A stretch of DNA of 64,000 bases from an uncultured bacterium. GTDB taxonomy: Bacteria; Chloroflexota; UBA5177; JANWHV01. Under the pieces are notes generated by a model, which worked only from the letters and a program-made list of their open reading frames with translations, searched no databases and was not told the origin of the DNA. Position 1 is the stretch's first letter; each line of letters begins with the position of its first letter. The stretch covers positions 576,001 through 640,000 of the forward strand of contig CAVSOU010000010.1 in assembly GCA_963729625.1 (NCBI GenBank), in the 5' to 3' direction. Both the position numbers and the translations under genes were made by a program. This document shows, in pieces, positions 59,766 to 64,000 of the stretch.

Positions 59766-61556
59766 TCAAGAGCGATCCGGAATGACGGTTCTCACCCACA
59801 GCTCGTCGAGCTGTTCCTGCGGCACCAGCGACGGCGCGCCGGCCATCATGTCCTGAGCACTCTGGTTTTTCGGGAAGGCAATGACGTCACGAATGTTTGT
59901 CGTGTCCCGAAGCAAGCCCACAAGGCGATCCACGCCGCCGGCGATCCCGCCGTGGGGTGGGGTTCCATACTCAAACGCCTCAAGCATGAATCCGAACCGA
60001 TCCTGAACCTCCGCCGCGCTCATGCCAAGCAGCTTGAACACGCGCTCCTGCACTTCCCGGCGATGAATCCTGATGCTGCCTCCGGCGACTTCGAAACCAT
60101 TACAAACCAAGTCGTACTGCTTCGCCCGCACGCTCAAGGGGTCCGACTCCAACAGTGCAACGTCCTCGTCATTGGGGCTGGTGAACTGATGGTGCTTGGC
60201 GGCAACAGTACCATCTTCGAGCGCTTCGAACGCGGGCATATCCAGTACCCAGGCAAGAGCCAGCACGTTTGGATCGGGCAGGTTGAGCTTGCGGCCGACG
60301 TCGAGCCTGAGATGGCCAAGCGCCTCCAGTGCCTTGTCCGCTACGTCCGCGACGATCAGCAGCAGATCGCCCGCGGTGGCCTGCATCCGCTCGCATGTCA
60401 GGCGTGACCGGGACGCGTCGATGAACTTTGCCGCCGCGCCCTTGAGACTTCCATCGTCCTGGATGGCAAGAGTTACCAGCCCGCGCGCGCCATGAGTGCG
60501 GGCCAGTGTCGTCAGCCCGTCGAGATCTTTTCGCGAGCTCGAGCCCAGGCCGGGCGCCCGCAAGCCCTTGATTGCTCCTCCGGAGGCCAATGCCCCGGCA
60601 AATACGCTGAACTCGCTCGCGGAAAAGATGTCCGAGAGGTCCTGCAACTCCAGGCCGAAGCGCAGGTCAGGCTTGTCCGACCCATACCGGTCCATTGCCT
60701 GGCGAAACGTCAGGCGCGGCAACGGTTCGGAGAGCAACCGCTTGGTGGACAGCTGTTTTGCGATCGCCGTGTAGAGACCCTCGAAGAGCTGGAGAATGTC
60801 CTCCTGCTCGACGAAGCTCATCTCGACGTCCAGTTGCGTGAACTCCGGCTGCCTGTCGGCGCGCTGATCCTCGTCGCGGAAACAACGCGCGATCTGGAAA
60901 TAGCGTTCGAATCCGGCCACCATCAGCATCTGCTTGAGCTGCTGAGGGGACTGGGGAAGCGCATAGAACTCGCCGGGATGTACGCGGCTGGGAACCAGGA
61001 AATCGCGCGCGCCACCGGGGGAGCTCTTGAACAGGATCGGCGTCTCGATTTCCACGAATCCGCGGGCGTCAAGGTAGTCGCGCATGAATTTCACGACCCT
61101 GTGCCGCGTTATAAGGTTCTCGCGCATGGTCTCGCGACGCAGGTCGAGGTACCGGTACCGCAGCCTCAGGGGTTCTTCTACAGGGACATCCTCGTTAATG
61201 TAAAACGGTGGCGTCTTCGATGGATTCAAGATCTCGACGTGCAGGGCGTGCAGCTCGATCTCTCCGGTCGCAAGCTTGGTATTCTCAGTGCCTTCGGGGC
61301 GGGCGGCGACCGTGCCGGTTACTGCGAGCACGAACTCGCTGCGCACACTCTCCGCGACGGTATGAGCCGCGGGAGACATCTGCTGATCGACTACCACTTG
61401 GGTAATGCCCCAGCGGTCCCGAACGTCGAGAAAGATGAGATGCCCCTGGTCGCGGCGGCGATTGAGCCACCCTTGCACCGTGGCCACGTGGCCAACATCT
61501 GCCTTTCGGAGTTCTCCACACGTTACAGTCTTATGTGCAGCCACTTTGGTGCGCAT
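59766..61556 (-). CDS. aspS: Aspartate--tRNA ligase (probably non-discriminating)
   Basis: RRRD.G, RYRYLDLRR, LPQSPQ..KQ.LM, CFRDED.RADRQPEFTQLD, GTPPHGGIA, IAFPK. Start is ATG 61556 or GTG 61544. Confidence 0.96.
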   Translation of the reverse strand: MRTKVAAHKTVTCGELRKADVGHVATVQGWLNRRRDQGHLIFLDVRDRWGITQVVVDQQMSPAAHTVAESVRSEFVLAVTGTVAARPEGTENTKLATGEIELHALHVEILNPSKTPPFYINEDVPVEEPLRLRYRYLDLRRETMRENLITRHRVVKFMRDYLDARGFVEIETPILFKSSPGGARDFLVPSRVHPGEFYALPQSPQQLKQMLMVAGFERYFQIARCFRDEDQRADRQPEFTQLDVEMSFVEQEDILQLFEGLYTAIAKQLSTKRLLSEPLPRLTFRQAMDRYGSDKPDLRFGLELQDLSDIFSASEFSVFAGALASGGAIKGLRAPGLGSSSRKDLDGLTTLARTHGARGLVTLAIQDDGSLKGAAAKFIDASRSRLTCERMQATAGDLLLIVADVADKALEALGHLRLDVGRKLNLPDPNVLALAWVLDMPAFEALEDGTVAAKHHQFTSPNDEDVALLESDPLSVRAKQYDLVCNGFEVAGGSIRIHRREVQERVFKLLGMSAAEVQDRFGFMLEAFEYGTPPHGGIAGGVDRLVGLLRDTTNIRDVIAFPKNQSAQDMMAGAPSLVPQEQLDELWVRTVIPDRS

Positions 61557-61808
61557 CTCCTTGCTAGCCCTGCGCGAGGCCGGGCGATTCTCAATCACGT
61601 CACTACCGGCACACCGGCGACCTACCGGGACCACTGCGCCGGTACCGCCTTATTACAGTTGTGATAGCATCCGCGCAGCCCGCTCACGTCTGGATTCCTG
61701 AGCCAGCTTTCGCCACGATGCGGACGGCACATCAGGCCAAGCCTGTGCGCTCGTTTGGGCGTTGCCTTAAGCCTACCGCAGCGACATGCCGGAGGGAAAA
61801 CCCGGCTA

Positions 61809-62174
61809 TCAGGCGGCTCGCGCTGAGCGACCCGCTGACTCAGGCGCAGGCGCGACGGATTCGGCCACCCTCGGGGCTTGCGCAGCATGGGGCCAGTGCG
61901 TCGCCCGATGAAGCGCCGCCTTAAAGCCGCGCCAGAAACTTGTAGTGCGGATAACTGGCGACGCTGCGACGTTCAGGCCCTTGTCGAGCACACCCTCGTA
62001 TTTGCGCGTGGCCCACACGATCTTCTCGTGCACTGCCTTCATATGCTTCAGGACCCACCACAGGCCAAAGGCAATGCCTAGATTAATCGCCACGACCAAA
62101 ATCAGCACGACGATAAGCTCGATGCAAACGATGGTCCCGCCTACGACACCGACAAAGTCATTGATGGTGCCCAT
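61809..62174 (-). CDS. Small membrane protein, paralogue-like partner of the DUF948-like gene
   Basis: N-terminal hydrophobic helix followed by an amphipathic helix with a ...SPVI motif; 1-nt gap from the upstream gene. Confidence 0.6.
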   Translation of the reverse strand: MGTINDFVGVVGGTIVCIELIVVLILVVAINLGIAFGLWWVLKHMKAVHEKIVWATRKYEGVLDKGLNVAASPVIRTTSFWRGFKAALHRATHWPHAAQAPRVAESVAPAPESAGRSARAA

Positions 62175-62175
62175 G

Positions 62176-62502
62176 CTACGGCTCTCCCGCCGTCTCGCCT
62201 GGTTTGCGCGTGCGCTTCAGGCTGCGAGTGACACTCCCGGTCAACACTTGCACGGTCTTGGCCACGCCTGCCGTCACGCTGACGCTGGTAATCAGTGGTT
62301 TTACGAGGCCGCTGCTAACGAATTCGCTTGTCCCCTGCACGGTCTTCACAGTCTGCTGGGCCGAGCCGATTAGCGGCATGATCTCTTCCTTGATCTGCTT
62401 CACCAGATCGCGAATCTCCAGGGCTACCATCACCAGTAAGCCAAACGCGACGAGAGACAGGATCGCTGCAATGACGAGAAGCCAGCTGACAATGCCCGGC
62501 AT
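62176..62502 (-). CDS. DUF948/YoxC-like small membrane protein
   Basis: One TM helix, then a coiled coil (EIMPLI.S.Q.T..TV.GT..FVS..LVKPLI); GGAGGAG RBS. Confidence 0.65.
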   Translation of the reverse strand: MPGIVSWLLVIAAILSLVAFGLLVMVALEIRDLVKQIKEEIMPLIGSAQQTVKTVQGTSEFVSSGLVKPLITSVSVTAGVAKTVQVLTGSVTRSLKRTRKPGETAGEP

Positions 62503-62618
62503 CTAGTGCTCTCCTCCTGACGCGGTGTCGAGTACAAGCCAAATCCTGTTCTTGGATTCTAGCACAGCCACGCCATTCACGTCGTGCCTTCAGGACATAC
62601 GTGATGGTGTGCCGGCAG

Positions 62619-62648
62619 TTGCCGGAAAACTGCCACAACTGCTACATT
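62619..62648 (+). promoter_or_regulatory. Promoter of rpsF-ssb-rpsR
   Basis: TTGCCG-18 nt-TACATT with extended -10 TG. Confidence 0.55.
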
Positions 62649-62707
62649 CACAACGCGCGTTCAGCGGCTGGGCGCGGCTTTTGGTGCTGGCTTGCGATGC
62701 GCGGCCA

Positions 62708-62796
62708 GGAGTTCTTCTCGCTTCGCTTGCCTCGATCAGGCGGACACCGGCCAGGTCGATTGAAGAGGCAGTCGGGGCTTGCCCAGGGGAAGGAGT
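62708..62796 (+). promoter_or_regulatory. Possible S6:S18 autoregulatory leader
   Basis: TGCCTC...GAGGCA hairpin and an upstream TTCTTCTC that could pair with the GGGGAAGGAG RBS; position matches known rpsF leaders. Confidence 0.35.
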
Positions 62797-62802
62797 GGTG
62801 TA

Positions 62803-63243
62803 TTGTTACGCGACTACGAGGTCACCTTCATAGTCAACACGGCGCTCGACGAAGAAGCAATTGCTGCGGTCGTGGAGCGAGTGAACCATCTGATCGGAAC
62901 CGGTGGAGGCAGCGTCACCGAGGTCCATGCGTGGGGCCGGAGACGTCTCGCGTATCCGATCGCGCACAATCGCGATGGCTTCTACGTTACGACCCGCTTC
63001 GCCATGCCGACAGAGGCCATGAGTGCGTTTGAAAACGATCTCAGGCTGAACGAGAACATTCTGCGACATGGAGCGTTCCGGCAGGACGAGGTGCCGATCA
63101 AGCCGGTACTGCCATTGTCTCCTGCCGCCGGCCCGGCAGCCGAATTCCGGCAGCCCGAGCTCGAAGCAGAGGATGTCGACGACATTTCCATGCTTCACGA
63201 CGAAAGCATCGATCCCGATCTTGTCCCTGCCGCCGAGGACTAG
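62803..63243 (+). CDS. rpsF: 30S ribosomal protein S6 with a long acidic tail
   Basis: RDYE..FI, WGRRRLAYPI, GFY, ILRH. TTG start after AAGGAG. Confidence 0.95.
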   Translation: MLRDYEVTFIVNTALDEEAIAAVVERVNHLIGTGGGSVTEVHAWGRRRLAYPIAHNRDGFYVTTRFAMPTEAMSAFENDLRLNENILRHGAFRQDEVPIKPVLPLSPAAGPAAEFRQPELEAEDVDDISMLHDESIDPDLVPAAED

Positions 63244-63280
63244 CTCGCGCGGACCTAAGCTCTAATGGGGAGACGTGGCG

Positions 63281-63790
63281 ATGGCTGGAAACCTTAAGAA
63301 AGTGTTCATCATCGGGAACCTTGGTAGCGACCCGGTCATGCGATATACAACCGATGGCACGGCAGTTGCGTCATTCAACGTGGCAGTTAACGAGCGCGCT
63401 CGCCGCGCCGCGGCCTCCGAAGGCGGACAGGGCGCGCAACAGGAAGAATCGACGACATGGTTCCGCGTCAGCGCTTGGCGAAGACAAGCTGAGATTTCCA
63501 ATGACCTTCTCAAGAAGGGCATGTCCGTGTTCGTCTCCGGTGACCTGCGGACGAGGGAATTCGTCGGCAACGACGGACAGAAACGATTCTCGCTCGACGT
63601 AACCATGGATGATATGCAAATCTTGACGCCGAAGGGCGTGGCTGAGGGCGGCTCGTCGTTTGATGAAGCCCCTGCTTTCGGCGGATCCGGTCCTAGCAGG
63701 GCGCCCACACCATTCGTGGGCCGCTCATCTGCGAGCCGCACACCCGCACCCGACCTCGACGATCAGGATGATTCAGACATTCCCTTCTGA
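63281..63790 (+). CDS. ssb: Single-stranded DNA-binding protein
   Basis: IGNLG.DP.MRYT, TTWFRV..W, KG..V.V.G.L, C-terminal DDSDIPF. Confidence 0.96.
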   Translation: MAGNLKKVFIIGNLGSDPVMRYTTDGTAVASFNVAVNERARRAAASEGGQGAQQEESTTWFRVSAWRRQAEISNDLLKKGMSVFVSGDLRTREFVGNDGQKRFSLDVTMDDMQILTPKGVAEGGSSFDEAPAFGGSGPSRAPTPFVGRSSASRTPAPDLDDQDDSDIPF

Positions 63791-63843
63791 ACCTGTACTT
63801 TGTGAGCGTTTCGCTCTAGCCAACTCGGGAGTACCAGTAACTC

Positions 63844-64000
63844 ATGAGCAGCCCAGCATATACCTCAGGATCCGACGCGGGCGGACGAGCCGACGGAATG
63901 CGCGGCGGAGATCGCGCGGATCGCGGCGAGCGCGGGGGACGCGGTCCGCGCCGCGAAGGTTCACGCGGGGACCGCTTCTCGCGGCGCCGCGTCTGCAATT
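63844..64000 (+). CDS. rpsR: 30S ribosomal protein S18, 5' part (truncated by the window end)
   Basis: Not in the ORF track. ATG 63844 reads MSSPAYTSGSDAGGRADGMRGGDRADRGERGGRGPRREGSRGDRFSRRRVCN; RRRVC is the S18 zinc-finger start; rpsF-ssb-rpsR synteny. Confidence 0.85.
   Translation, partial: MSSPAYTSGSDAGGRADGMRGGDRADRGERGGRGPRREGSRGDRFSRRRVCN

Noticed and set aside
61635-61660. T-box-like AATAAGGCGGTACCGGCG upstream of aspS
   Set aside because: It has CGG rather than the UGG needed to pair with tRNA CCA, and I see no stem I motifs or terminator.

Overview
High-GC bacterial chromosomal window, probably Chloroflexota. The taxonomy is inferred from C-terminal 'xTGHN..F...W...GG..G.PI.E' surface-protein repeats, Pro/Thr-rich secreted proteins, and T-box plus SAM-I riboswitches in a GC-rich genome. 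Bases 1-22 kb form a carbohydrate-utilisation island: two GH51 arabinofuranosidases, an aldo/keto reductase, two CUT1-type ABC permease/binding-protein sets, three LacI regulators, an NAD-dependent epimerase, a Gfo/Idh/MocA oxidoreductase, an unassigned 700-aa clan-A-like hydrolase and three closely paralogous VOC/glyoxalase genes. Bases 22-64 kb are mostly housekeeping: a SAM-I-controlled mtnP-ahcY-metK run followed by guaA-purD, a GNAT/PIG-L pair, a 1301-aa modular GH5-like surface protein, pheA, murI, rpsU, an L,D-transpeptidase, a Leu T-box-controlled ilvBN-ilvC-leuA-leuB-cimA operon carrying a 20-bp tandem array and REP-like elements, a CUT2 sugar ABC system, an ABC1 kinase, coaX, ispE, aspS and rpsF-ssb-rpsR. 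I found no tRNA, rRNA, CRISPR array, transposase or integrase. Best candidates for something undescribed: (i) the VOC-triplicated sugar pathway with its unassigned hydrolase, (ii) a promoter-preceded ~220-nt highly structured non-coding element at 10.76-10.98 kb, next to a promoter whose -10 box sits in a cruciform loop, (iii) a repeated orphan-SD plus hairpin architecture around all three solute-binding-protein genes, and (iv) a ~50-aa insertion in PurD. All calls are by eye, with no database searches.
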